Source: a virus (lineage: Duplodnaviria > Caudoviricetes). Taken from it: a DNA stretch of 64,000 bases. Shown one piece after another: positions 38,250 through 47,311 of the stretch (positions within the stretch are counted from its first letter, which is position 1; each line of letters starts with the position of its first letter). The notes under the pieces were generated by a model. It saw only the letters and a list, made by a program, of their open reading frames with translations, had not been told where the DNA came from and ran no database searches. Made by a program: the position numbers and the translations under genes. The DNA lies in the IMG/VR virus record IMGVR_UViG_3300044991_002130, positions 1 to 64,000 of that record; one strand, written 5' to 3'.

Positions 38250-38681
38250 ATGAAGAAGATACTAATAATGGGACTACCCGGCGCAGGAAAAACAACACTG
38301 GCCAAAGAATTGGCCAAGATGTTGAATGCAGTTCATTTCAACGCCGATGAAATTCGCCGAGAGGTGAACAAAGACCTGAAATTCGAGTTAGTTGACCGTA
38401 TAGAACACGCTAGGCGCATGGGAGTGCTATGTGACATTGTCGTAAGAAGCGGACATTATGCAATTGCAGATTTTGTTTGTCCAACCAGAGAAACGCGAAA
38501 GGCATTCGGCGCGGACAAATCATTTATAATATGCATGGATAGAATTGAAGCTGGTAGGTACGAGGATACAAATAAATTGTTTGAATATCCAGCAATGTGC
38601 AATGTTCGAGTTGGAAATACAGGAACAGCCGAAGAATGGGTGAATAAAATTTATCATAAATTAGCAAGTGCAGGTCAGTGA
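38250..38681 (+). CDS. adenylyl-sulfate kinase-like P-loop kinase
   Basis: GLPGAGKTT, NADEIR, DR.E.ARR, DFVCP. Confidence 0.8.
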   Translation: MKKILIMGLPGAGKTTLAKELAKMLNAVHFNADEIRREVNKDLKFELVDRIEHARRMGVLCDIVVRSGHYAIADFVCPTRETRKAFGADKSFIICMDRIEAGRYEDTNKLFEYPAMCNVRVGNTGTAEEWVNKIYHKLASAGQ

Positions 38682-38734
38682 TATATATAGTATTTTTATA
38701 AGAACCAGTCTGTTCTGTTATATTTATTATAACT

Positions 38735-39394
38735 ATGAGCAAACACACCACCATCAGTATAGAAGATTTGGAAAAAACTATTTTGTTTTTAGAAACTCCT
38801 CGCCCAATATTGAAACGGGTGATAAAATTGTGTGAAGTCAGAGAATATCCAACCGGCGTATTCATCATAACGGAAAATGAATGCAGTCAGTTTATGTTTA
38901 TACTAATTTCAGGAACGGTTGACTTGATCAAGGGAAATAAATCAAAGAAGATAGCAACTCTTGGCGCTGGAAGTATAATAGGAGAAGGAACTTTGATTTC
39001 TGGTGCGCCTAGAAGTGCAACAATAGTAACTGCTTCACATGTAAAAGTTGCAATAATCAATAAAGATTCATTTGATAAAATGTTGACTATGCATCCTTCA
39101 ATTCCTATTGCATTGATGAAACTACATTCAAGTAGATGCAAGTCTGTTGTGGCAAATGTTAATATATTCAAGTCTTATGGGTTTATGGTTATTGCAGCGT
39201 TGTTTGGTTTGATGACATTGAAAAATTCACATAGTGTTATAGATATAGAGTCAATCAGTCCTGTGTTGAAGCAGTTGGCTGGATTGATACCAGACCAATA
39301 TATGTCAGTTTGTGGACCAGCCGCTTTGCTTGCATTCGTAAAATCTCAGAAGATGGATATTAATAGTATACAAGCAAAATTAGAGAAAATTTGA
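38735..39394 (+). CDS. cyclic nucleotide-binding domain membrane protein
   Basis: G..IGE..L....PRSATIVT; C-terminal hydrophobic segments. Confidence 0.85.
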   Translation: MSKHTTISIEDLEKTILFLETPRPILKRVIKLCEVREYPTGVFIITENECSQFMFILISGTVDLIKGNKSKKIATLGAGSIIGEGTLISGAPRSATIVTASHVKVAIINKDSFDKMLTMHPSIPIALMKLHSSRCKSVVANVNIFKSYGFMVIAALFGLMTLKNSHSVIDIESISPVLKQLAGLIPDQYMSVCGPAALLAFVKSQKMDINSIQAKLEKI

Positions 39395-39453
39395 TGAAAT
39401 TGTAGTTGACGAACAACAGAATGTGTGTATAGTCATTGTTGTTCTTTTGATAC

Positions 39454-39544
39454 GGCTGTGTGGCGGAATTGGCTATACGCACTTCGCTTAGAACGAAGCA
39501 CCTATAAAAAAGGTATATGGGTTCGACTCCCTTCGCAGCCACCA
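39454..39544 (+). tRNA. tRNA-Leu(TAG)
   Basis: ctTAGaa, long variable arm, CCA. Confidence 0.88.
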
Positions 39545-39958
39545 AATAAAAATAGTAATCGCGATGATCAAAGATGAATTTTGCTACAAATATACTTGAC
39601 AGTATCAAATAATAATCTATAGTCATTCTTGTTCTTTTAAATACTTTTTTCTGGTCGTAAATACTTTGGGTCTCGTAAACCCATTTACTGGTTGGTATAC
39701 AATGACAAACACGTAGTAAATGTTGATTGAAATTCCTCTGCTTCCGAAGCGCGGGCCTGATATTATAGTTAGGTTAGAGCACTTGAGACATTTACTTGAT
39801 TGTATATCGAAGGGGAGCATAGCTGCTGTGCATACCGAGAGATTACCAACTCAACAAGCAGTCAGAAAAAAAATAAGTGCTGACATTGGGGATGACTCAC
39901 CTGCTGATGAACCAATGGCGCGGAGACGCAGGTCACTACCGCCAGCACTTCACTTTAC

Positions 39959-40044
39959 GGGCATGTGGATAAAGGAAACTGGTCACAACTATTTGTTTTA
40001 AAAACAAACACCCTCTGTGAGTTCGAATCTCACCATGCCCACCA
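39959..40044 (+). tRNA. tRNA-Leu(TAA), enlarged D region
   Basis: ttTAAaa, CCA. Confidence 0.75.
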
Positions 40045-40049
40045 ATTTT

Positions 40050-40223
40050 ATGGATACTCAAAACACATCAAACTATGATGGTGCAAAAATCGCAAAGCGT
40101 GAAGCAATGCGTAAAGAACTAAAGCGAATGAAGCTGGAAAAGATGATTGCACTAAATCAAACAATCAGTGAGAAGGCTGATGTTATTGCACAGCGTTGGA
40201 TTACTGAGTTGAAACAACAATAA
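40050..40223 (+). CDS. hypothetical protein
   Basis: short helical ORF between tRNAs. Confidence 0.5.
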   Translation: MDTQNTSNYDGAKIAKREAMRKELKRMKLEKMIALNQTISEKADVIAQRWITELKQQ

Positions 40224-40230
40224 TTTTTAT

Positions 40231-40316
40231 GGCAGTGTAGGAGAATTGGTATATCCACCCGACTCAAAATCGGAGGGCGCAAGCCATTGTCGGTTCGAGT
40301 CCGACCACTGCTACCA
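40231..40316 (+). tRNA. tRNA-Leu(CAA)
   Basis: ctCAAaa, long variable arm, CCA. Confidence 0.9.
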
Positions 40317-40322
40317 ATTTAT

Positions 40323-40407
40323 GCGCATGTGGATGAGGGAAGCTGGCACAACCGTTTGACTTAAAATCAAATATCCTATATGGGTTCGAATCCCTTCGTG
40401 CGCACCA
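40323..40407 (+). tRNA. tRNA-Leu(TAA), enlarged D region
   Basis: ctTAAaa, CCA. Confidence 0.75.
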
Positions 40408-40591
40408 AAACATGAAACAAAAAACAGAATGTGAGCAATTGATTAGAATTATTCTGACCGGTAATGAGGTCGGGCCAAATATCTACCAATTGATGGAGGC
40501 AATGGGAAAGGAACGAGTTCTGGAAAGGATAAAATATTTCCAACAAGTTATGGCATTGACAAAATAGGTAAAATGCCCTATAGTTATAAGC

Positions 40592-41371
40592 ATGAAAAAA
40601 TTCTTATTACTTGTTCTAATGTCAGTTTCATTGTTAGCCGCAGATAAAAAGAACCCGGCGAGCAAAGCGTATATTACTGACGTAGAAGGACAAGCAACAG
40701 TTTTTGTCGGTGAAGGACGAATTGAAGATTCCAAGAAACGCGAAGTTTACGCCGCCGAAGGAATTGTATTAGAAACAGAAAAGAAGTCGAACCAATCTTT
40801 AGTTTTATCGAATGGTACGGGAATTTACATGGACGAAGTTACTCACCTTGAAGTAAAAAAATTTGTACAAGAACCATTTACGCCGAATCGAAGTGACCTT
40901 GACATGGAACCATCCATTTCTCAAACGGGCGGGCTTATATCACACGGTTACGTTGCTATCTGCACTCCAAAAATTGTGGCAGGAAGCCGAATGGTGTACA
41001 CTACTCCACACGGAGAAATTAAACTTTTCAATAACAAGGTTGCAATCAACGTGGGCGACAATGCAACAGAAGTCATCCCAGTCGAAGGTGAATTTAAAGT
41101 AGAACTGCGCTCTGGTCACTTTGAAATTATAAAGGTTGGTGATAGGGTCATATTTGACGGACAGATAATTACAACGCGCAAAGCCGACAAAAAAGAAATG
41201 GACAAAGCAACCGAGAACGTGGCAATCGCGTGTAATGCACGGAAAACAGTGTACTTTGATGTTGTGAAAAGATATGAATCTGACGGAGTTATTGAAATAT
41301 TAGTCGCGTATCCAGTAACCCAGATAAAGCTGCCGACCGAATTTACAGTAAGTCCCGCCACAATCAAATAA
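40592..41371 (+). CDS. FecR-domain-like exported protein
   Basis: signal peptide; ITDVEG, LET...S..LVLSNGT...D..T.LEV, TPHG.I. Confidence 0.7.
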   Translation: MKKFLLLVLMSVSLLAADKKNPASKAYITDVEGQATVFVGEGRIEDSKKREVYAAEGIVLETEKKSNQSLVLSNGTGIYMDEVTHLEVKKFVQEPFTPNRSDLDMEPSISQTGGLISHGYVAICTPKIVAGSRMVYTTPHGEIKLFNNKVAINVGDNATEVIPVEGEFKVELRSGHFEIIKVGDRVIFDGQIITTRKADKKEMDKATENVAIACNARKTVYFDVVKRYESDGVIEILVAYPVTQIKLPTEFTVSPATIK

Positions 41372-41538
41372 TTTTATGCTAAAATCATTCTGGAGAATAT
41401 GGGCTAAATCGCTCGGAGAAAAAGCGAGTGCAAATAATTGCGAAGCAGACAAAGTTGCTTTGGTTCGCACACTTATTGTGCTTTGTTATGTTATTACGAA
41501 TATATTCATTGTTGCTGGTGTAATTAGACATTGGTAAT

Positions 41539-41988
41539 ATGAATGAAAAGTATTTGGAGAACGACAACCACTGGACGGCTGCACCTTACCCACTACGACC
41601 ATGTACAGAAGAAGTTGAGATATACAAAAATAATTTGTTGTCTGGAAAAACTTTGTTGCTTGGATGCACGGCACCGTTACTTGACATTTGCGACGAGGCA
41701 ATAGATTTAGTTGTAAGAGTTCAGAATCCAAAAATACGACAGGGTGATTGGTATAATATATCTGGATTTTATGACAACATTATTACCGATGGAGCAATCA
41801 ATCTTACTGGCCCATCGCTAATAGATGCCGTAAAACCACATTGCAAACAGCTTATAAGCAGAGTATTTTCTAGGAAATTTTCGTATATGAAATATGCAAA
41901 ATTATTTTATACCGAGTTTCCCAATGCAACAAAAATAGCAGAAATAAACGAATCATGTCCGATTTTCATCTGGAAGTTTACAAGTTAG
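41539..41988 (+). CDS. hypothetical protein (degenerate methyltransferase-like)
   Basis: LLLGCT, GDW, D.II.DG. Confidence 0.55.
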   Translation: MNEKYLENDNHWTAAPYPLRPCTEEVEIYKNNLLSGKTLLLGCTAPLLDICDEAIDLVVRVQNPKIRQGDWYNISGFYDNIITDGAINLTGPSLIDAVKPHCKQLISRVFSRKFSYMKYAKLFYTEFPNATKIAEINESCPIFIWKFTS

Positions 41989-42974
41989 TAAAAGCATTGG
42001 AAGAAAACCAATACAAAGAGCGTGATATATCAAAGTTGATACCAGCGTGCAATATTCTCACTAGAGAAAATTTACAGAAGATTCCAATAGATAAGTCACA
42101 GCCATTTTGTTCTACTAGCGGCGCAACTGGCCAACCCGTGTTTGTTCAAAAATTTACGGCCCAACATGTTTGGTATTGGGCGACAAACATGCGAGAATTG
42201 ATTTGGAGAAAATGGGACACATCATTGACATTGGCAGTCATCAATGCACCGGTTTCAGAAGAAAAAATAACACCTTGGCCAACGAATCCATATTTGTTTC
42301 CGAATAAGGTTGGAAAATGCCATATGCATCCAACAAGAGGAGATTTGCAAGGATGGCTGAACAGAGTGCAGCCAGATTATTTGCATACATATCCATCAAT
42401 CGCCGCCACACTTGATACATCTAAACTAAAAGATGTAAAAACAACAAGTGAAAGAGGTGGTAGTAATTATAGTTCGGAAGAAGTGGGTACGATTGGCCTA
42501 GAATGTCCAGATAATCCAGATGTATATCATATTATGGAGAACATTGTTTTAGAAATCGTAGATGACAATGATATTGTGTTGACCGATCTTACGCACCCAT
42601 ATATCAAGAGATACAGGATAGGAGACAAAGGAGAGTTTTCTACATGCAGTTGTGGAAGAAAACTGCAAACTATCAACCGAAATGTGCTTGGTAGAGTTCG
42701 CAATATGGTGAAATATCCAGATGGAACAACCGCATGGCCATTGTTTGCTAGCAATACAATAAGAAATGCATGTGATACAATAAAAAGATTTCAATGCATA
42801 CAAGAATCATACTCGGATATCACAGTAAAGATTCAAGGAACTGTACCAGCTGATAAAATTGAAGATGTAAAAAATTTGATATTGAAGAGACTCAATTATC
42901 CGTTCAATCTAAAGATACAGATTGTTGATAGTTTCCCAGAAGGAAAATTTGAAGAGTTTGTCTGTAAGATATAA
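41955..42974 (+). CDS. phenylacetate-CoA ligase/CapK-like adenylate-forming protein
   Basis: STSGATGQP, YSSEEVG, RYRIGD, CSCGR, GRV. Confidence 0.85.
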   Translation: MSDFHLEVYKLVKALEENQYKERDISKLIPACNILTRENLQKIPIDKSQPFCSTSGATGQPVFVQKFTAQHVWYWATNMRELIWRKWDTSLTLAVINAPVSEEKITPWPTNPYLFPNKVGKCHMHPTRGDLQGWLNRVQPDYLHTYPSIAATLDTSKLKDVKTTSERGGSNYSSEEVGTIGLECPDNPDVYHIMENIVLEIVDDNDIVLTDLTHPYIKRYRIGDKGEFSTCSCGRKLQTINRNVLGRVRNMVKYPDGTTAWPLFASNTIRNACDTIKRFQCIQESYSDITVKIQGTVPADKIEDVKNLILKRLNYPFNLKIQIVDSFPEGKFEEFVCKI

Positions 42975-42980
42975 TTTTAT

Positions 42981-43060
42981 GCTACCGTATGCCGTCTGCC
43001 TTCTAAGCAGAAGAAAGCTAATTGGAACACATGTAGGTTCGAGTCCTATCGGTAGCACCA
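42981..43060 (+). tRNA. tRNA-Arg(TCT) lacking a normal D arm
   Basis: GCTACCG/CGGTAGC-A-CCA, TCTGC-ctTCTaa-GCAGA, normal T arm. Confidence 0.75.
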
Positions 43061-43064
43061 TTTT

Positions 43065-43156
43065 GGAAGATTAACCAGTCAGGGTCACTGGAACCGCCTC
43101 GAAAACGGATTGCTCGGCGAAAGCCGAGTGAGTTTCGATTACTCAGTTTTCCGCCA
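43065..43156 (+). tRNA. tRNA-Ser(CGA)
   Basis: ctCGAaa, long variable arm CTCGGC/GCCGAG, G73, CCA. Confidence 0.8.
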
Positions 43157-43563
43157 CGTTGGTCCATGAGTACATGGAGTATGAAATGCATATATATGGA
43201 ATGGGTAAAAATGAGAGATGCAATAAACCGTTCCCCAATGAACAATTTCTCCAACTTTATTATAAATCTAGCGTTTTGTTGGCGTTGACATCTTTTATAT
43301 AAATATTAAAGCAATTATATTACATTGATTATAATAAGTAGATAAATTCATCTTATTGTAACAAAATACTTGACTTCTTATAAAGATTGAGTCATAGTTA
43401 TGAGTTCAGTTAGAGAACAGCCTCCTATCCTACGGGATGAGGGCTTTAGATATACGAAAGGAACATATTATGGTTATCGCTATAGCATGTTGGACAGCCT
43501 TGGGATTATTAATCATTACAGAAAGTGATTATCGTCCAAAGAACTGATAAAAAAGAAAACTAT

Positions 43564-43596
43564 AAGCGGGGTGGAGAAATCCACCCCGCTTTTTTT
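43564..43596. terminator. terminator between convergent units
   Basis: AAGCGGGGTGGA-gaaa-TCCACCCCGCTT plus T-run. Confidence 0.8.
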
Positions 43597-43626
43597 ATGC
43601 CCAAAGACATTTGCGGAAAAATAATG

Positions 43627-44340
43627 TTACACCAAAAACGGTAGATAAATTTTTCTCAGGGTTTCGTTGGCCAACGCCAAATCAAATTCATATGTAAATT
43701 TTCTACTATTATACGATAGCTTAACAGCCGCCTCGGAAGCATCAAACATTTCGTTTAATTTTTCTTTTGTGTACTTCTCTGGCTCGGTTTTTATAGAAAA
43801 CAAATGTGCCCAAGTCTTCTCATCGGCTAATTTTAGATTTACTGGAAAATATCCATGTTGAAAAAGAGTTTTTCCACAAAACGCAAGTCTTAATAGTTGA
43901 GTAGCGTTTTTTGGGGAAAATCCATATTTATCCAATTGTGCTTTACGCTTACTACCAAGTTGACCAGTTCTCTCACCATTTGCCAATCTTCGTTCACCTT
44001 GCATATAACCAAGTAAGCATCGAAACATCTTGTCTGTGTCAACAAACTTAAACTTGTTGGATCGTATTTCTTCAAATGCATCACTTGTTTGAAGAAAGTC
44101 TTCAGAAAAGAGTATTTCAATCGCACCTGTGTTACCATTGCGCAGAAGTTCAAAAAACTTGCGAAGTTCGTAATAAACTATGTCGTCTGTTTCTTGTTTC
44201 TGTATATGATCGAGCTTTTCCAATCCAAGTATCTTGGACGGCTCTGTGTTTATGAATACACCTCTGTAATCAAGATCGGACTCGGGAGTATTAAGTCCAT
44301 ATGCTGTGCTGCCCCCCAAAGCTTTTACTAACATTTTCAT
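43627..44340 (-). CDS. Pol-beta superfamily nucleotidyltransferase (YcgL/RlaP-like)
   Basis: GSTAYGLNTPESDLDYRG, YELRKF..L...GN. Confidence 0.85.
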   Translation of the reverse strand: MKMLVKALGGSTAYGLNTPESDLDYRGVFINTEPSKILGLEKLDHIQKQETDDIVYYELRKFFELLRNGNTGAIEILFSEDFLQTSDAFEEIRSNKFKFVDTDKMFRCLLGYMQGERRLANGERTGQLGSKRKAQLDKYGFSPKNATQLLRLAFCGKTLFQHGYFPVNLKLADEKTWAHLFSIKTEPEKYTKEKLNEMFDASEAAVKLSYNSRKFTYEFDLALANETLRKIYLPFLV

Positions 44341-44378
44341 ATTATAAATACTGAAATTATTTTTTAAGAAGTCAAGTA

Positions 44379-44888
44379 TCAATTAGCATCCAATCGATAT
44401 ATAATTACATCACTGGGATAGTCGGTAAAAGCAACTTCTATTAGACGTTCGACTATTCGGAAATCTCCACCCCCTCTGTCGGAACCCATTTTATAAGGAA
44501 ATCCAACAGATGGAGCCGGAAGATCCATGCCATTTTCTGTCAACTCATTTGCCATACCTTCCAATGCAGAATATAAAGCATCATAATTGGTTTGTCTTGT
44601 GCCTTTTCCAAATAAATTTTGACCATACAAGTTATAGATAAGAGCAATTTGATTGTCGTGTTTATTTGCACCGCTAGTAAATGGAATATAACCAACAGAA
44701 AAATTTCCTAGAGTATTTGTCTTTGATAACGTGGCTGCACAGTCTGCTTTATATGCGTCTGGATACATTTCACGAATAGTACGAGCAATACCACTGCCAA
44801 ATGTATTTTGACAGTTTGCTTGATGGCCAATGACTTGTACATCTTTTGCGAAAAGTAGATTGCCATCTTTATAAATAAGAGATTTCAT
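44379..44888 (-). CDS. macrodomain (Poa1p-like) ADP-ribose-processing protein
   Basis: GNLL..IGHQANCQNTFGSGIA, NLYGQ, P.MGS.RGGG. Confidence 0.88.
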   Translation of the reverse strand: MKSLIYKDGNLLFAKDVQVIGHQANCQNTFGSGIARTIREMYPDAYKADCAATLSKTNTLGNFSVGYIPFTSGANKHDNQIALIYNLYGQNLFGKGTRQTNYDALYSALEGMANELTENGMDLPAPSVGFPYKMGSDRGGGDFRIVERLIEVAFTDYPSDVIIYRLDAN

Positions 44889-44968
44889 ATTTTTAAATAA
44901 TGCTAAAATTTCATAGAATGTCAACATTTTTTATCGCGTTTTGTTCAATTTTATAATACTTATTGTAT

Positions 44969-45406
44969 ATGAGTATCATACCCGGTCCAAATAACGAATT
45001 AATGACAGCCTCGGTAGCTCCGTCTTATGGTTCAACAGCGAATGTAGCACAAGCAACGGCGTCTTCCGTGTATGTAAGCTCTTCCTATAGTTTTCCTTAT
45101 CCAGTAATTAGTGCGTCGATTACTACAACCGGAAATCCGGTGTTCATAGCCTGTTCTGGCGACGCCAATCCAATTTCAATAGGGGGTCTTGGAACAATCC
45201 AACTGTATAGAGACAGCACTGCTATAGGAACTCGGGTACAATACGAAGGGTCGGCAGCAAATGAAAACAATCCATATTGTTTAACTTGTATAGATAGTCA
45301 ACCGGCGGGAACATATACATACTATTTGAAATCGGTGTCTCAGAGCGGACACACTCAATTTGGAGAAGTATCGGGACCAAGTCTTTCGATGGCGGAGTTG
45401 AGATAA
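44969..45406 (+). CDS. putative structural (tail/fibre-associated) protein
   Basis: beta-rich; D.QPAGTYTYYL motif; TACTTAT upstream. Confidence 0.55.
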   Translation: MSIIPGPNNELMTASVAPSYGSTANVAQATASSVYVSSSYSFPYPVISASITTTGNPVFIACSGDANPISIGGLGTIQLYRDSTAIGTRVQYEGSAANENNPYCLTCIDSQPAGTYTYYLKSVSQSGHTQFGEVSGPSLSMAELR

Positions 45407-45453
45407 TTTTGAAAGTTTACACTATTTATAACATAATAACCACATAACAAATC

Positions 45454-46095
45454 ATGAGTACAACAATAACATACATAACCAACGGGAATCTTGTCTTAAC
45501 AGAATCAAAGGCCGTGACCATATCGTGCGTCGGTGCCGGTGGTCGTGGAAACTTTACAGGAAACGGTGGTTCTGGTGGCGCATTCGCTAAAGCAACTAAA
45601 ACCTTACAATCTGGGTCATATCCCGTAGTAGTCGGCCTAGCATCTGCGCACGACGGCGGCAATTCATATGTAACATCGGCCAGCGTGGTGATTGTTCGAG
45701 CGCCGGGAGGAAAACAAGACGGCACAATTACACACCAAACTGCATTGCTAACTGGTAGCGTAGCAACATACTACGGCGGGCACGGAAGCCCAGATTTTGA
45801 TGGATATAGTGCATATAATGGTTCCGGCGGCGGAGAAGCTGGTAATGTGCTAGGCAACGGTCAAGATGGTCAAAGCGCATACTATTCCACTGCGTTTGCC
45901 CCAGCTTCCGGGGGATACTCTTACGCCACCGGTAGTGGTGGTGCCGGTGCATACTATTACGCCGGGTCCAAGGTCAATCAAGTATTCGTCGCAGCCGGTG
46001 GAACATTTCCGGGCGGCGGCGGCGGAGGCTCTTATGACTACGGTACTGACAGTTCTGGTGCCGGTGCCAATGGGTCTGTGGTAGTAACTTACTAA
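45454..46095 (+). CDS. glycine-rich virion/tail-fibre domain protein
   Basis: VGAGG..GGSGG, PGGGGGG, GANGSVVVTY. Confidence 0.7.
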   Translation: MSTTITYITNGNLVLTESKAVTISCVGAGGRGNFTGNGGSGGAFAKATKTLQSGSYPVVVGLASAHDGGNSYVTSASVVIVRAPGGKQDGTITHQTALLTGSVATYYGGHGSPDFDGYSAYNGSGGGEAGNVLGNGQDGQSAYYSTAFAPASGGYSYATGSGGAGAYYYAGSKVNQVFVAAGGTFPGGGGGGSYDYGTDSSGAGANGSVVVTY

Positions 46096-46112
46096 TATAA
46101 AACAACTTAACG

Positions 46113-46143
46113 CAAAAAACCCCGCTATTATGGCGGGGTTTTT
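46113..46143. terminator. bidirectional terminator
   Basis: AAAAAACCCCGC-tattatg-GCGGGGTTTTT between convergent genes. Confidence 0.8.
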
Positions 46144-46146
46144 GTT

Positions 46147-46794
46147 TTATACATCCGGACTATGATGATCCGGGGCAACTGCGGTTCTATTCTTTAATTC
46201 TCGATGAACTTCTTCCCATTCAACTGGCCGACGTTTCCATTCCCAGCCAACGTCCAACCGTTTCAGGCCAACATCCTCTTTAAGATTTCTGTGACAGTGG
46301 CCGTGAATATTGTATCCACCCTTCGACATATGATTCCACGAAGCAATTGGATAGTGCGTTAACACAACCGGAACTTTATCAATGAAGATTTCAGCATAAT
46401 GGCCGAGAAATGTAAACGTGGAGTTTGGATAATTCAATGGATACACTTCAATGTCGGCATGAAACTGCATTTCATCCAATGTGGCGTCATACAACTGTTG
46501 CATGCCAGCGTTATGATTGCCCCAAATAAAATATTGATGCTTACACGGCAAACGAATCAACCGCTTTGCATAGTCCAATGAATTTGCGCCAGCACCAATC
46601 ACTGCATCGCCAAGATTGAATACAATATCATTTAATCCAATATGGTCGCTCAACATTTGATATGTGTGAGCATATGCTTCATTGACATTTTGATAATTGC
46701 GTGGACCAAGAATAAATGGCTTGTCGTGACCTAAATGTAGGTCAGATATAAACCAAATCTTTTGGTCGGTTGATTTTAGACTAATCTTTTTCAT
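46147..46794 (-). CDS. calcineurin-like metallophosphoesterase
   Basis: SDLHLGH, LGD, GNHN, THYP, HGHCH, DVG. Confidence 0.9.
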   Translation of the reverse strand: MKKISLKSTDQKIWFISDLHLGHDKPFILGPRNYQNVNEAYAHTYQMLSDHIGLNDIVFNLGDAVIGAGANSLDYAKRLIRLPCKHQYFIWGNHNAGMQQLYDATLDEMQFHADIEVYPLNYPNSTFTFLGHYAEIFIDKVPVVLTHYPIASWNHMSKGGYNIHGHCHRNLKEDVGLKRLDVGWEWKRRPVEWEEVHRELKNRTAVAPDHHSPDV

Positions 46795-47161
46795 GAAAGA
46801 ATTTGGGACGATTTATTTTAAAATTTTCGAGATATCCAATGATATTTTCTTTACCAATTGGATTTAAGCTATGAACTTGATATTCTGGCAACGGTAGTTC
46901 ATATTCCATGCAATATTCAACCAGCCATTTGGCACATTCATATCCGGTCTTTTCTTTATATTGATTATACCCCGCACCACCAGTATAATGTTCGTCGGCA
47001 AGATCATGATCAAAGCTCACAAACAATGGTGAGCCATGTTTCATAATATATTTTACAAAATCATCATAGCTTCGCACTATAATCCAAGGACCAAGTGGCA
47101 TTTGCATCCACCTAACATCTTTTGGCAACCGAATATCATCAAGAAATAATTTGTAGCTCAT
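46781..47161 (-). CDS. cyclic-phosphate-processing receiver-like domain protein
   Basis: LFLDDIR.P, SFDHDL, TGYECAKWL, VHS.NP.G. Confidence 0.8.
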   Translation of the reverse strand: MSYKLFLDDIRLPKDVRWMQMPLGPWIIVRSYDDFVKYIMKHGSPLFVSFDHDLADEHYTGGAGYNQYKEKTGYECAKWLVEYCMEYELPLPEYQVHSLNPIGKENIIGYLENFKINRPKFFHEKD

Positions 47162-47311
47162 ACTATTGCAGTATTATAGGCATCAAGATACTTGTCAATC
47201 AGTAATTTTGCAACCTTTACACCTTCTTTATTGCCAGTTTTTTCAAAGTGTGCAAGTTTTTTACGCCAATATTCCAAGTCTTGTTTTATACCAGACTTGG
47301 TGTGACTTATT

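Noticed and set aside
18400-43300. CRISPR array
   Set aside because: Recurring short motifs are tRNA T arms and CCA ends; no constant repeat with regular spacers
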